Assembly: GCA_035549075.1 (NCBI GenBank)
Contig: DASZRT010000151.1
Coordinates: 26,693-90,692 of the forward strand
Reading direction: 5' to 3'
From: Polyangia bacterium
GTDB lineage: Bacteria; Myxococcota_A; Polyangia; Fen-1088
DNA: 64,000 nt
Every line of letters starts with the position of its first letter. The stretch's first letter is position 1. Both the position numbers and the translations under genes were made by a program. Shown piece by piece: positions 55,296 to 64,000 of this stretch. The notes beneath the pieces are model-generated. The model was not told where the DNA came from. It was given only the letters and a program-made list of their open reading frames with translations, and ran no database searches.

Positions 55296-56129
55296 GTGCC
55301 TCCCTCGCTGATAGCGCCCGAGCTCGCGCGCGCGATCCTCGCGAGCTCGGGGCCGATCGTTTTCCTCACGGGCGCCGGGGTCTCCGCCGAGAGCGGCGTC
55401 CCGACGTTCCGCGGGCCCGAGGGCTACTGGCGCGTCGGATCGCGCAACTATCAGGCGACGGACCTCGCGACGGCCGAGGCCTTCGCGCGCATGCCCGACG
55501 AGGTCTGGCGCTGGTACCTCTACCGTCGCGGCGTGTGCCGCGCCGCCGAGCCGAACGCCGCGCACCTCGCGCTCGTCGAGGCCGAGCGGCGCTTCGGCGA
55601 GCGCTTCCTGCTCGTCACGCAGAACGTCGACGGGTTGCACGCGCGCGCCGGCAACACGGCCGCGCGCACGTACCGCATCCACGGCGATCTCGATCTGTGC
55701 CGCTGCGCCGACGGCTGCGCGCCGGCCGTGCGGCCCATGCCCGCTGCGATCGCGGTGGCGTGGGCCAAGGATCGCGTGCTCGACGACGACGCACGCGCCG
55801 CGCTCCACTGCGACTGCGGCGCGTGGCTGCGCCCGCACGTGCTGTGGTTCGACGAGGCGTACGACGAGCCGCTCTTTCGTTACCTCTCGGCGCGGCGCGC
55901 AGCCGGTGCGGCGGCCGCGCTCGTCGTCATCGGCACGAGTGGCGCGACCAACTTGCCCGCGCAGATGTGCGCGATCGTCGCCGCGCGCGCGGCGCCGCTC
56001 ATCGTGGTCGATCCCGATCCAGCGGCCTACGGCGCCGTCGCGGGCCGAGGCACGCGCGGTGTCCAGATCGTCGGCGGCGCCTGCGCCACCGTCCCCCCGC
56101 TCGTCGACGCACTCCTCGCGGCCGCCTAA
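55296..56129 (+). CDS. cobB: Sir2-family NAD-dependent protein deacylase (CobB-like)
   Basis: GAGVSAESGVPTFRG, QNVDGLH, zinc-ribbon cysteines CRC..C / CDC, GTSGA. Confidence 0.85.
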   Translation: MPPSLIAPELARAILASSGPIVFLTGAGVSAESGVPTFRGPEGYWRVGSRNYQATDLATAEAFARMPDEVWRWYLYRRGVCRAAEPNAAHLALVEAERRFGERFLLVTQNVDGLHARAGNTAARTYRIHGDLDLCRCADGCAPAVRPMPAAIAVAWAKDRVLDDDARAALHCDCGAWLRPHVLWFDEAYDEPLFRYLSARRAAGAAAALVVIGTSGATNLPAQMCAIVAARAAPLIVVDPDPAAYGAVAGRGTRGVQIVGGACATVPPLVDALLAAA

Positions 56130-56143
56130 CCACCTCTCATCAT

Positions 56144-56666
56144 CCGTCACCTCTCGCCGGAGGATCCTCCTTTTGTCGGGCGGCGGGCGCTCGCGGGAAC
56201 GGGTCCTGCCGCTGCGGGGTCCTCCCCGCTGAGTCTTTTTCCCTCGTTCACCGTCGTGGTTCTGATGCTCTGATCAACCGGCAGCTGATCCCCATGGACT
56301 GCCTCGGGAAAAAGCCTCATCGGGGTCCCCCCCCTTCGCGTCACCCGTTCCCGCTCGCTTCCCGCCGCCGGCACGACGAACCCGATCCCGCCAAACTGGA
56401 TGCGGCCATGACGGACCTAAATCGGGACGATCGGGTCGTGTTGTCGGCGGGGTGTAGCCCGTGGAACGGGTGGCAGTGAGGGAAGGGGCCCGCTGAAGCT
56501 TTTTTTCGCGAGTCCATGGGGATCCGTCCGCTCGCAGCGACGAGCACGAGTCCCTCGAGGCCCGAAAAAAAGTTCAGTGGGAAGGGATCGCCGAGCTGAC
56601 AGGACCCGTTCCGCGGGATGCACCCCGCCCTCACCCGGAGAACCGTCCGCAGGCGAGAGGTGACGG
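56144..56666. repeat. ~520-bp noncoding element: two diverged head-to-head inverted copies (~250 bp each) of a unit, bounded by perfect 15-bp terminal inverted repeats (CCGTCACCTCTCGCC / GGCGAGAGGTGACGG). Multiple internal hairpins; lower GC with A/T runs. MITE-like or structured-RNA candidate.
   Basis: Shared ordered blocks in both arms: GGAACGGGTCCTG, GATCCCCATGGACT, GAAAAA(A)AGCnTCAnCGGG, CACCCGTTCC. The 12-bp palindrome GGAGGATCCTCC is present. There are four copies of GGAACGGGT, in both orientations. The ORFs in this interval lack coding periodicity. Confidence 0.65.
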
Positions 56667-56681
56667 AAGACGAGAGCCTAG

Positions 56682-57326
56682 TTAGCGCACCAAGTGGACG
56701 TTGAACATGGGCGTTTGCAGCGCGCCCATGAGGCGCACCCACAGGATCACGAACATCTCCTGGCCGCGCGCCGCCGAGAGATCGCCGAGATCGTGGACGG
56801 TCTTCCAGCCGAACCAGCCCTCGAGGATCTCCTTCACCTTGCCCTTGGCGCCCGCGTCGTTGCCGCACAGGAATGCGTCGTGCGCGCCCGCGAGGAGCGA
56901 CGGGTTCACCATGAGCTTGCAGTTCATCGTGTTGAGCGCCTTGACGACCTTCGTCTCGGGCAGCGCGCGCTGGATCTGCTCGGCCAGCGAGTCGGTGTTG
57001 GCGACCGACAGCGACGGCGGCATGCCCTTCGAAAAGTCGAGCGGGTTCGTGACGTCGATCAGCACCTTACCGGCGAGGCCCTTCGCCGCCGCTTGCGTCG
57101 CCGGGAGCGCGCCCACGCCCGACGTGCAGTTGAACGCCAGCTCGCCGAAGGCCGCGGCGTCGGCGAAGGTGCCCTGCGAGGCCTTCGGGCCCGCCGCCTT
57201 CACCCACTCGGCCGCCTTCGCGTTGTCGGCGGTGCGCGAGCCCATCTTCACTTCGTGGCCGAGCTCCACGAGCTTCGTCGCGATGGTGTTCCCGACCATT
57301 CCCGTTCCGAGAACTGCGATTTTCAT
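56682..57326 (-). CDS. NAD(P)-binding oxidoreductase of the F420_oxidored / NADPH-dependent F420 reductase (Npd)-like family
   Basis: MKIAVLGTGMVGNTIATKL Rossmann motif; 214 aa. Confidence 0.8.
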   Translation of the reverse strand: MKIAVLGTGMVGNTIATKLVELGHEVKMGSRTADNAKAAEWVKAAGPKASQGTFADAAAFGELAFNCTSGVGALPATQAAAKGLAGKVLIDVTNPLDFSKGMPPSLSVANTDSLAEQIQRALPETKVVKALNTMNCKLMVNPSLLAGAHDAFLCGNDAGAKGKVKEILEGWFGWKTVHDLGDLSAARGQEMFVILWVRLMGALQTPMFNVHLVR

Positions 57327-57368
57327 GTGGCGCCTCCGTGCGCGACTCTAGCGCAGTAAGATGCCGGC

Positions 57369-57887
57369 ATGATCGTGAGCACCATGTCGATGTTGGGGGC
57401 GTGGTTGACGACGGCCGCCGCGCCCGCGCCCGGCAAGCTCGCGCCGGCGACGAGCCACGAGATGACCGACGCGATCGTCGCCGTCAACAAGGCGCTCGGC
57501 CTCGAGAGCTGGCCCGCCCAGGGGGTCAAGCCGTGCGTCGATCGCGGCGGGCAAGGCGTGCTCGCGAAGAACGTCACGGCCGACGACGCGCGCAAGTGCG
57601 CCGCCGCCGCCGTCGAGAAAGGCTTCCCCTCGCTCGGTCCGTCGTTCGCGCTCGCGATCCTCATGAGCGAGATCGGCCCCATCACGGTGATCGCGCTCGG
57701 CACCGGCGACGCCGCGGGCTGGGGCGCCTACTCGTGCGATCCGACGCGCACGTGCAAGCCGATGAAGATCAACCCCGACAACAAGTGGGGCAAGCGGCTC
57801 GACGAGCGGCGCGCGAAGGCGTGCGCGGATGCGACGACGGTGTGGCTACCGGCGGGCGCGAGAGTTTGCGACGCGGTCGCGAAGTGA
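57369..57887 (+). CDS. Small secreted Cys-containing protein, hypothetical (172 aa)
   Basis: Signal peptide MSMLGAWLTTAAAPAPG; strong GC3 periodicity; 6 Cys. Confidence 0.6.
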   Translation: MIVSTMSMLGAWLTTAAAPAPGKLAPATSHEMTDAIVAVNKALGLESWPAQGVKPCVDRGGQGVLAKNVTADDARKCAAAAVEKGFPSLGPSFALAILMSEIGPITVIALGTGDAAGWGAYSCDPTRTCKPMKINPDNKWGKRLDERRAKACADATTVWLPAGARVCDAVAK

Positions 57888-57890
57888 CGC

Positions 57891-58343
57891 TCAGCTCTCG
57901 AGCTGCTTGACGAGCTTCACGGGCGCGATCGCGCGGTAGCTCTCTTCGATCCACGCTTCGAGCAAATCGAGCGGTGGTTTGTCGCCGGCGGCGAAGCGCG
58001 CCGTGACCCAGCCGCTCTTGCCGAGGCCGTAGCCCGTCGGCGACGCGAACGGGAGTGTCAGGGCGATGGACGCCGAGCGCGGCAGCTTCGCCGACAATCC
58101 GAAGCCGCCGTCGGTCGCCGATGTGCCCATGAAGACGAACACCTTCTTGTTCACCTTGACGACGCGATCGCCCCAGGGGAACTCTTCGACGGCGCCTGGC
58201 AGCGACAGCGCGTAGGCGCGCAGCTTCGCTTCGGCGTCACCGCCCGCGGGCACCTTCTTCGCGACGCGAGGCTTCGCTTTCGGCTTGGGCGTCTTCGATC
58301 TCGGGTTGGGCTTCGAAGACTTCGCCTTCACCTTCGTCGCCAT
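57891..58343 (-). CDS. MmcQ/YjbR (DUF419)-family putative DNA-binding protein with a histone-H1-like Lys/Pro/Ala-rich N-terminal tail
   Basis: An internal ATG 4 nt after the purL stop gives [30 protein letters not shown], followed by the YjbR core ([21 protein letters not shown]). Confidence 0.7.
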   Translation of the reverse strand: MATKVKAKSSKPNPRSKTPKPKAKPRVAKKVPAGGDAEAKLRAYALSLPGAVEEFPWGDRVVKVNKKVFVFMGTSATDGGFGLSAKLPRSASIALTLPFASPTGYGLGKSGWVTARFAAGDKPPLDLLEAWIEESYRAIAPVKLVKQLES

Positions 58344-58347
58344 CGCG

Positions 58348-61300
58348 TCATCCCACCCAGGCGCGCGCGTTGCGGAACATGCGCATCCACGGGCTGTCGT
58401 CGCCGGTCCATGCGCGAGGGCGCCACGACAGCTGCACGTTGCGGAACACGCGCTCGGGGTGCGGCATGAGGATCGTGACGCGACCGCCGGCCGCCGTGAG
58501 CGCCGTGACGCCGCCGGGCGAGCCGTTCGGGTTCTCGGGGTAGCGCTCGGTGACGTGGCCGCGGTGATCGACGAAGCGCGCCGCGACGGCGCCCGCGCGC
58601 TCGAGCGCCGCGAGGTCGTCGGGCGACGCGAACTCCGCGCGGCCCTCGCCGTGCGCCGTCGAGATCGGGATGCGCGAGCCCTCCATTCCGGCGAAGAAGA
58701 TCGAGTCGCTCTTGTCGATCGCAACGAGCGGCAACCGGGCTTCGAACTGCTCGCTGCGGTTGCGCACGAAGCGCGGCCACCGCGCGGCGCCCGGGATGAG
58801 CTCCTTGAGGTTCGACATCATCTGGCAACCGTTGCAGACGCCCAGCGAGAACGTGTCGGGCCGCGCGAAGAACGCCGAGAACGCCGCGCGCGCGCCCGCG
58901 TGGAAGAGGATCGACTTCGCCCAGCCCTCGCCCGCGCCGAGGACGTCGCCGTACGAGAAGCCACCGCACGCGGCGAGCCCGCGGAACGACGCGAGGTCGA
59001 CGCGGCCCGAGAGCACGTCGGTCATGTGCACGTCGACGGCCTCGAAGCCGGCGCGATCGAACGCGGCCGCCATCTCGATCTGGCCGTTGACGCCTTGCTC
59101 GCGCAGGATCGCGACGCGCGGCCGCGACGTCACGCCGACGGTCTTCACGTCGTCGAGCGAGAACGTGAGATGCGCCGAGCGTCCCGGATCGGCGGCCTCG
59201 TGGTGCGCCGCGCGCTCTTCGTCGGCGGACGCGGCGTCGTCGCGCAGGCGCTGGATCGCGTGCGTCGTCTCCGACCACGCCGCGCGCAGGAACGTCAGGT
59301 CCTCGTCGAGGCGCACGCGGTGCTCGCCCTGACGAATTTGCACGCGGCCGCCGGTCACCGGGCGCGCGACGTCCGTGACGGCGTCGCCGAGGCCGTGCTT
59401 CGCGAACACGGCGCGCACGCGCTCCACGTCGCCCGCGCGCACCTGCACGACGGCGCCCAGCTCTTCGCTGAACAGCGCCGCGACGGCGTCGGCGTCCTCG
59501 GGCAGATCGACCTCGAGGCCCGTGCCGCCCGCGAACGCCATCTCGACCAGCGTCACGAACAAGCCGCCGTCGCTGCGGTCATGGTACGCGAGCAGCGCGC
59601 CCGCGGCGTTGAGCTCTTGCACGGCCGCGAAGAAGCCGGTGAGGCGCGCCGGATCGTCGAGGTCGGGCGGCGCGTCGCCGAGCTGGCCGTACACCTGCGC
59701 GAGGCACGAGCCGCCGAGGCGGTTCTTGCCGCCGCCGAGATCGACGAGCAGCAGCTCGGTGTCGGTGACGTCGACGTCGCCGTCGGCGCGCAGCTCGGGC
59801 GTGAGCGCGCGGCGCACGTCGGTCACGGGCGCGAACGCGCTCACGACGAGCGACAGCGGCGCCGTCACGCTCTTCTTCTCACCTCGATCGTCCCACACCG
59901 TGCGCATCGACATCGAGTCCTTGCCGACGGGGATCGCGATGCCGAGCGCGGGGCAGAGCTCGACGCCCACGGCGCGGACGGCGTCGTAGAGGCGCGCGTC
60001 CTCACCGGGATGGCCCGCGGGCGCCATCCAGTTTGCCGAGAGCTTCACGTCGGACAGCTTGGCGACCGGCGCGCTCGCGAGGTTCGTGAGCGCCTCGGCG
60101 ACGGCCATGCGCGCCGACGCCGCGGCGTCGAGCAGCGCGAGCGGCGAGCGCTCGCCCATCGCCATCGCCTCGCCCGTGTAGACGTCGAACGCCGTCGCCG
60201 TGACGCCGGCGTCGGCGACCGGCACCTGCCACGGGCCCACGAGCTGATCGCGCGCGACGAGGCCGCCCACCGTGCGGTCGCCGATCGTGATGAGGAAGGA
60301 TTTGTCGGCGATCGTCGGCAGGCGCAGCAGGCGCAGCGCCGCCTCGCGCACGTCGAGCGACGCGGCCTCGAACGGCACGCGCTTGGCGGCGACATGCGCG
60401 GCGTTGCGGGTCATCTTCGGCGGCTTGCCGAGCAGCACGTTGAGCGGCATCTCGATGGGCCGCCGCGCGAGCAAGGCGTCGTCGACGCGCAGCAGGCCGT
60501 CTCCGGTGGCGTGGCCCACGACGGCGAACGGGCAGCGCTCGCGCGCGCACAGCGCCTCGAACTCGGCCAGGCGCTCGGGCGCGAGCGCGAGCACGTAACG
60601 CTCCTGCGCCTCGTTGCACCACAGCTCGAGCGGCGACAACCCCTGCTCGTCGCTCGGCACCTTGCGCAGGTCGAACGTCGCGCCGCGCCCGCTGTCGTTG
60701 ACGAGCTCGGGCAACGCGTTCGACAAACCGCCCGCGCCCACGTCGTGGATCGACACGATCGGGTTCGCGTCGCCGCGCGCCCAGCAGCGGTCGATGACCT
60801 CCTGGCAGCGCCTCTGCATCTCGGCGTTGTCGCGTTGGACCGACGCGAAGTCGAGGTCCTCTTCCGACGCGCCCGACGCCACCGACGACGCCGCGCCGCC
60901 GCCGAGGCCGATGAGCATCGCCGGCCCGCCCAACACGATCACGGGAGCGCCCACTGGGATCGTGCCCTTCTGCACGTCCGACGGGCGCACGTTGCCGAGG
61001 CCGCCCGCAAGCATGATGGGCTTGTGGTAGCCGCGCACCTCGGTGCCGCCGCCGGGCAACGGGCTCTCCACTTCGAACGTTCGAAAATAGCCGGCGATCG
61101 CCGGACGCCCGAACTCGTTGTTGAAGGCGGCGCCGCCGAGCGGGCCGTCGATCATGATGTCGAGCGCGCTGGCGATGCGCGCGGGTTTGCCATGGTCGCG
61201 CTCCCACTCGCGCACGGCGCCCGGCAGGCGCAGGTTCGAGACCGAGAAGCCCGTGAGGCCCGCCTTCGGCTTCGCGCCGCGGCCCGTCGCGCCCTCGTCG

Positions 61301-62253
61301 CGGATCTCGCCGCCCGAGCCCGTGGCCGCGCCCGGGAACGGCGAGATGGCCGTCGGGTGGTTGTGCGTCTCGACCTTCATCAAGATGTGCACGGGCTCGA
61401 CGTGCGCGCCGTAGACGCCGGTCGACGGGTCGGGGAAGAAGCGACCGCCCGTCGCGCCCTCGATGACGGCGGCGTTGTCCTTGTAGGCCGACAGCACGCC
61501 GCGCGGGCTCGCCTCGGTGCTGCGTCGGATCATCTTGAAGAGCGACAGGGGCTGCGGCGCGCCGTCGACGACGAAGTCGGCGTTGAAGATCTTGTGGCGG
61601 CAGTGCTCGCTGTTCGCCTGCGCGAACATCATGAGCTCGACGTCGGTGGGATCGCGGCCCAGCGTCGCGTAGGCCTCGACCAGGTAGTTGATCTCGTCGG
61701 GCGCGAGCGCCAGGCCGAGCCGCGCGTTGGCGCGCGCGAGCGCGGCGCGGCCGTCGCCGGCGAGCGCGACCGTCGCCAGCGGGCGCGGCCGCTCGGTCGC
61801 GAAGAGCTTCGCCGCCTCGGCCGAGCTCGCGAGCACGGACTCGGTCATGCGGTCGTACAGCGCGCGTCGCAGCGCCGCTTCGTCGTCGACGGCGCCCGAG
61901 ACGGCGTACCAGATGCCGCGCTCGATGCGCCGCACCTTCGCGAGGCCGCAGATGCGCGCGATGTCGGTCGCCTTCGACGACCACGGCGAGATCGTCCCGA
62001 GCCGCGGCACGACGAGCATACGCACGGCGCCCGCCGGATCGGCCGCGGCGCCGAGGCGCGGGCCGTAGGTGAGCAGCCGGTCGAGGACGCCGCGCTCGGC
62101 GGCCGCGAGCTGACCGTCGTCGCCTCCGACGTCGACGAAGTGAGCGAAGCGCGCCGAGAGCGCCGAGACGCGCGGGTTGCGCGCGCGCGCCGCGGCGAGC
62201 CGTTTCTCCAAACGAGCCGGCGTGAAAGCGGGCGCGCCAGCGATTTCGATCAT
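58348..62253 (-). CDS. purL: Phosphoribosylformylglycinamidine synthase, large single-chain type (FGAM synthase)
   Basis: About 1300 aa with N-terminal, central FGAM-synthetase and C-terminal glutamine amidotransferase (GVCNGCQ) domains. The start was chosen at MIEIAG (62253); an alternative ATG lies at 62286. Confidence 0.9.
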   Translation of the reverse strand: MIEIAGAPAFTPARLEKRLAAARARNPRVSALSARFAHFVDVGGDDGQLAAAERGVLDRLLTYGPRLGAAADPAGAVRMLVVPRLGTISPWSSKATDIARICGLAKVRRIERGIWYAVSGAVDDEAALRRALYDRMTESVLASSAEAAKLFATERPRPLATVALAGDGRAALARANARLGLALAPDEINYLVEAYATLGRDPTDVELMMFAQANSEHCRHKIFNADFVVDGAPQPLSLFKMIRRSTEASPRGVLSAYKDNAAVIEGATGGRFFPDPSTGVYGAHVEPVHILMKVETHNHPTAISPFPGAATGSGGEIRDEGATGRGAKPKAGLTGFSVSNLRLPGAVREWERDHGKPARIASALDIMIDGPLGGAAFNNEFGRPAIAGYFRTFEVESPLPGGGTEVRGYHKPIMLAGGLGNVRPSDVQKGTIPVGAPVIVLGGPAMLIGLGGGAASSVASGASEEDLDFASVQRDNAEMQRRCQEVIDRCWARGDANPIVSIHDVGAGGLSNALPELVNDSGRGATFDLRKVPSDEQGLSPLELWCNEAQERYVLALAPERLAEFEALCARERCPFAVVGHATGDGLLRVDDALLARRPIEMPLNVLLGKPPKMTRNAAHVAAKRVPFEAASLDVREAALRLLRLPTIADKSFLITIGDRTVGGLVARDQLVGPWQVPVADAGVTATAFDVYTGEAMAMGERSPLALLDAAASARMAVAEALTNLASAPVAKLSDVKLSANWMAPAGHPGEDARLYDAVRAVGVELCPALGIAIPVGKDSMSMRTVWDDRGEKKSVTAPLSLVVSAFAPVTDVRRALTPELRADGDVDVTDTELLLVDLGGGKNRLGGSCLAQVYGQLGDAPPDLDDPARLTGFFAAVQELNAAGALLAYHDRSDGGLFVTLVEMAFAGGTGLEVDLPEDADAVAALFSEELGAVVQVRAGDVERVRAVFAKHGLGDAVTDVARPVTGGRVQIRQGEHRVRLDEDLTFLRAAWSETTHAIQRLRDDAASADEERAAHHEAADPGRSAHLTFSLDDVKTVGVTSRPRVAILREQGVNGQIEMAAAFDRAGFEAVDVHMTDVLSGRVDLASFRGLAACGGFSYGDVLGAGEGWAKSILFHAGARAAFSAFFARPDTFSLGVCNGCQMMSNLKELIPGAARWPRFVRNRSEQFEARLPLVAIDKSDSIFFAGMEGSRIPISTAHGEGRAEFASPDDLAALERAGAVAARFVDHRGHVTERYPENPNGSPGGVTALTAAGGRVTILMPHPERVFRNVQLSWRPRAWTGDDSPWMRMFRNARAWVG

Positions 62254-62307
62254 GTGCCGGCAGCCTGCCAAAGCAGACCGCGACATGCAACGGCGGACCC
62301 TGACCTT

Positions 62308-63147
62308 CTACTTGGTCACCTTCGTCGCCAGCGTCGTCGTCGCGAGGTTGTTCGCGGTCTTGTCGAGCGCCGTCTTGATGTCGCCCGCGAACTGCGCCGT
62401 CGTGACGCCTGGGAGCGGGCGCGCCTTCTGCGCGTAGAGCGTGAAGACGTAGTCGTGCGTTCCGCTCGGCGGGCACGGGCGGATGTAGCCCATCGACTCG
62501 TTGTTGCCGCCGACCTGCATCGCGCCCGACGGATCGGGCGGCGTGTGCGAGGCCTGCGAGACGTCCTCGGGCAGCGCGAACGTGTCGGGCTTGATGTCCC
62601 AGATCGCCCAGTGCGTGAAGCCGTTGGTGTTGTCCTTGAGGACGATCGCGTAGCCGGCCGTGCCCTCGGGGCCCTTGCCCCACATGAGCGGCGGCGACGG
62701 CTTCGAGCCGTTGCCGCTGATGCAGGTGTACTTCATCGGGATCGTGCCGCCCGCCTCGACGACGGTGCTCGTGAGGGCGAAGCCGCCCGCGCCGGCGGAG
62801 GCGTCGGGCGTCGTGCCGCCGTCGCTGCCTCCGGAGGCCGCCGTGCCGCCGGTTCCCGTCGTACCACCGCTCGCCGTCGTGCCCCCGGTGCCCGTCGCGC
62901 CGCCCGTCGCCGTCGTGCCACCCGTGCCCGTGGTTCCACCCGTCGCGCTCGAACCGCCGGTGCCCGTGGTCCCGCCGCTCGCCGTCGTGCCGCCCGTGCC
63001 TCCACTCGCCGTCGTGCCACCCGTCCCCGTCGTGCCACCCGTGCCCCCGGGCGTCGAGCCGCCCGACGAGCAGCCGTAAACAACGAAGGCGCCCGCGAGC
63101 GCCACCACCATCCCGAACGTTTCGGCTTTGTGTCGCAACGTCGTCAT
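62308..63147 (-). CDS. YbhB/YbcL (PEBP/RKIP)-family lipoprotein with a Gly/Thr linker
   Basis: ATG 63147 with a GAGGAG RBS. Lipobox VVYGCSSGG. PEBP core (GYAIVLKDNTNGFTHWAIWDIKPD...YVFTLYAQ). Confidence 0.8.
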   Translation of the reverse strand: MTTLRHKAETFGMVVALAGAFVVYGCSSGGSTPGGTGGTTGTGGTTASGGTGGTTASGGTTGTGGSSATGGTTGTGGTTATGGATGTGGTTASGGTTGTGGTAASGGSDGGTTPDASAGAGGFALTSTVVEAGGTIPMKYTCISGNGSKPSPPLMWGKGPEGTAGYAIVLKDNTNGFTHWAIWDIKPDTFALPEDVSQASHTPPDPSGAMQVGGNNESMGYIRPCPPSGTHDYVFTLYAQKARPLPGVTTAQFAGDIKTALDKTANNLATTTLATKVTK

Positions 63148-63379
63148 CGAGTCTCCTCTCGGCATCGCGGCAGCGTCGCGCCCCGCGCCGGCGGCGATGG
63201 TGCATCCTCGCGCGAGCCGCTGCAACGGGGGGCTGCCTAACCGCCCTGCGACGCGAAAAACCCCGTGGTACTCACGGATCGGAGTTTTCCTGTCGGCGAC
63301 GGCGGCGGCGTTCGGGGGAGCGTCCGCCGCCGGCGCCGCGGGATTTACGGGCCCGCTAACAGGCCGGCCCAACGGGCCG

Positions 63380-64000
63380 TCAAAGGCCCGCTAATGTCCC
63401 GTCGGCGTCGCCGACCTTCACGTTCACGCCCATCGTCGCGATGACGCTCGTGAGCAGGTTCGAGACCTTCGTGTGCGTCGCCGTCGGGAAGAGCAGGTGC
63501 TTGCCGGGCGTGAACATGCCGCCGCCGTGGCCCGCGAGAATCACGGGCATGTCGTCATGGTTGTGGCGATCTCCGTCGGAGATCTCGCTCGAGAAGAAGA
63601 TCGTCGAGTTGTAGAGCATGTCGTTCGCGCCCTCGGGCACGGCCTTCAGCTTGGTCAAGAAGTAGGCGAACAGCTGGATCTCGTAGGTGCCGATCTGCTG
63701 CAGCATCATGAGGTTCGCCGGCATCATCCCGTGGTGCGAGATGTCGTGGTGGCCGCGCGAGATGCCGAGGTTGTTGTAGGTGCGGTTGCTGCCGGCGTTG
63801 CCGAGCATGAACGAGATGATGCGCGTCGAATCGCACTGCATGGCGAGCACCATGAGGTCGCTCATGGCCTTGACCTGCGTCTCGAAGTCCGTCGACGAGG
63901 CGGTCTTCGTCGTCGGCATCGTGCACATCGCCGTGGGCGTCGCGACGGCCGCCTGACGCTCGAGCTCGCGCACACCCGTGAGGAATTGATCGAGCTTCTC
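63380..64000 (-). CDS. Second DUF1552-family protein, C-terminal part (5' end beyond the window)
   Basis: HDDMPVILAGHGGGMFTPGKHLLF...SNLLTSVIATMGVNVKVGDADGTLAGL parallels the C-terminus of the 12458..13819 protein. The stop is at 63380. Confidence 0.75.
   Translation of the reverse strand, partial: EKLDQFLTGVRELERQAAVATPTAMCTMPTTKTASSTDFETQVKAMSDLMVLAMQCDSTRIISFMLGNAGSNRTYNNLGISRGHHDISHHGMMPANLMMLQQIGTYEIQLFAYFLTKLKAVPEGANDMLYNSTIFFSSEISDGDRHNHDDMPVILAGHGGGMFTPGKHLLFPTATHTKVSNLLTSVIATMGVNVKVGDADGTLAGL

Noticed and set aside
55296-56129. Sir2 gene as part of an anti-phage defence system (Thoeris/DSR-like)
   Set aside because: It is a compact canonical sirtuin with a zinc ribbon, and it has no SLOG/TIR/STAND or Macro partner. 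Its neighbours are an efflux operon and a noncoding element. It is more consistent with a housekeeping CobB-like deacylase.
56144-56666. Identity of the structured element as RNase P RNA, tmRNA, 6S or SRP RNA
   Set aside because: None of the conserved motifs is present: no RNase P P4/GGAA-AGUCCGG core, no tRNA-like 3' end or tag-peptide ORF, and the size and architecture are wrong.
56147-56868. ORFs 56147..56374(-), 56341..56868(-), 56417..56623(-) inside the inverted-dimer element
   Set aside because: Lower GC with homopolymer runs, no GC3 bias, and the region is explained by the repeat structure.
58285-63240. 1651-aa plus-strand ORF
   Set aside because: Antisense to purL and the PEBP lipoprotein gene; Arg/Ala/Gly composition; no domain signal.

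Overview
This is a high-GC (about 70%) chromosomal segment, co-linear and gene-dense, with codon usage and protein families typical of Myxococcota (Polyangia/Sorangium/Sandaracinus-like). Because of the GC content, all six frames contain long spurious ORFs. I called genes from GC3 periodicity, recognisable protein families, signal peptides and RBS/start context. Positions read directly from the sequence lines (tRNA, repeats, palindromes) may be off by 1-2 nt. Gene starts derived from the ORF track by codon arithmetic are exact.

Housekeeping content: a RecQ-family helicase C-terminus, cysK, tlyA, tRNA-Ala(CGC), a type II NADH dehydrogenase, a large single-chain purL, and a Sir2 deacylase.

The rest is accessory-like and includes:
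- one complete MarR-controlled tripartite RND efflux operon;
- a TetR-EmrB-EmrA module;
- two two-component systems, a sigma-54 activator, and an ECF-sigma/FecR operon ending in a secreted beta-helix protein;
- a DUF1592/DUF1552 pair, with a second DUF1552 copy at the window edge;
- a DUF2961 (GH172-like) gene with an apparent homopolymer frameshift, followed by an MFS sugar transporter;
- a CarF/TMEM189-like desaturase next to a small AT-hook protein and a TlpA thioredoxin;
- many lipoproteins built as lipobox, then a Gly/Thr/Ser-rich linker, then a globular domain; two of these are tandem paralogs with an unassigned Cys-containing C-terminal domain.

Two intergenic regions contain large imperfect head-to-head inverted-dimer elements with extensive internal complementarity, which I read as candidate structured RNAs or MITE-like repeats.

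I found no CRISPR arrays, integrases or obvious prophage.
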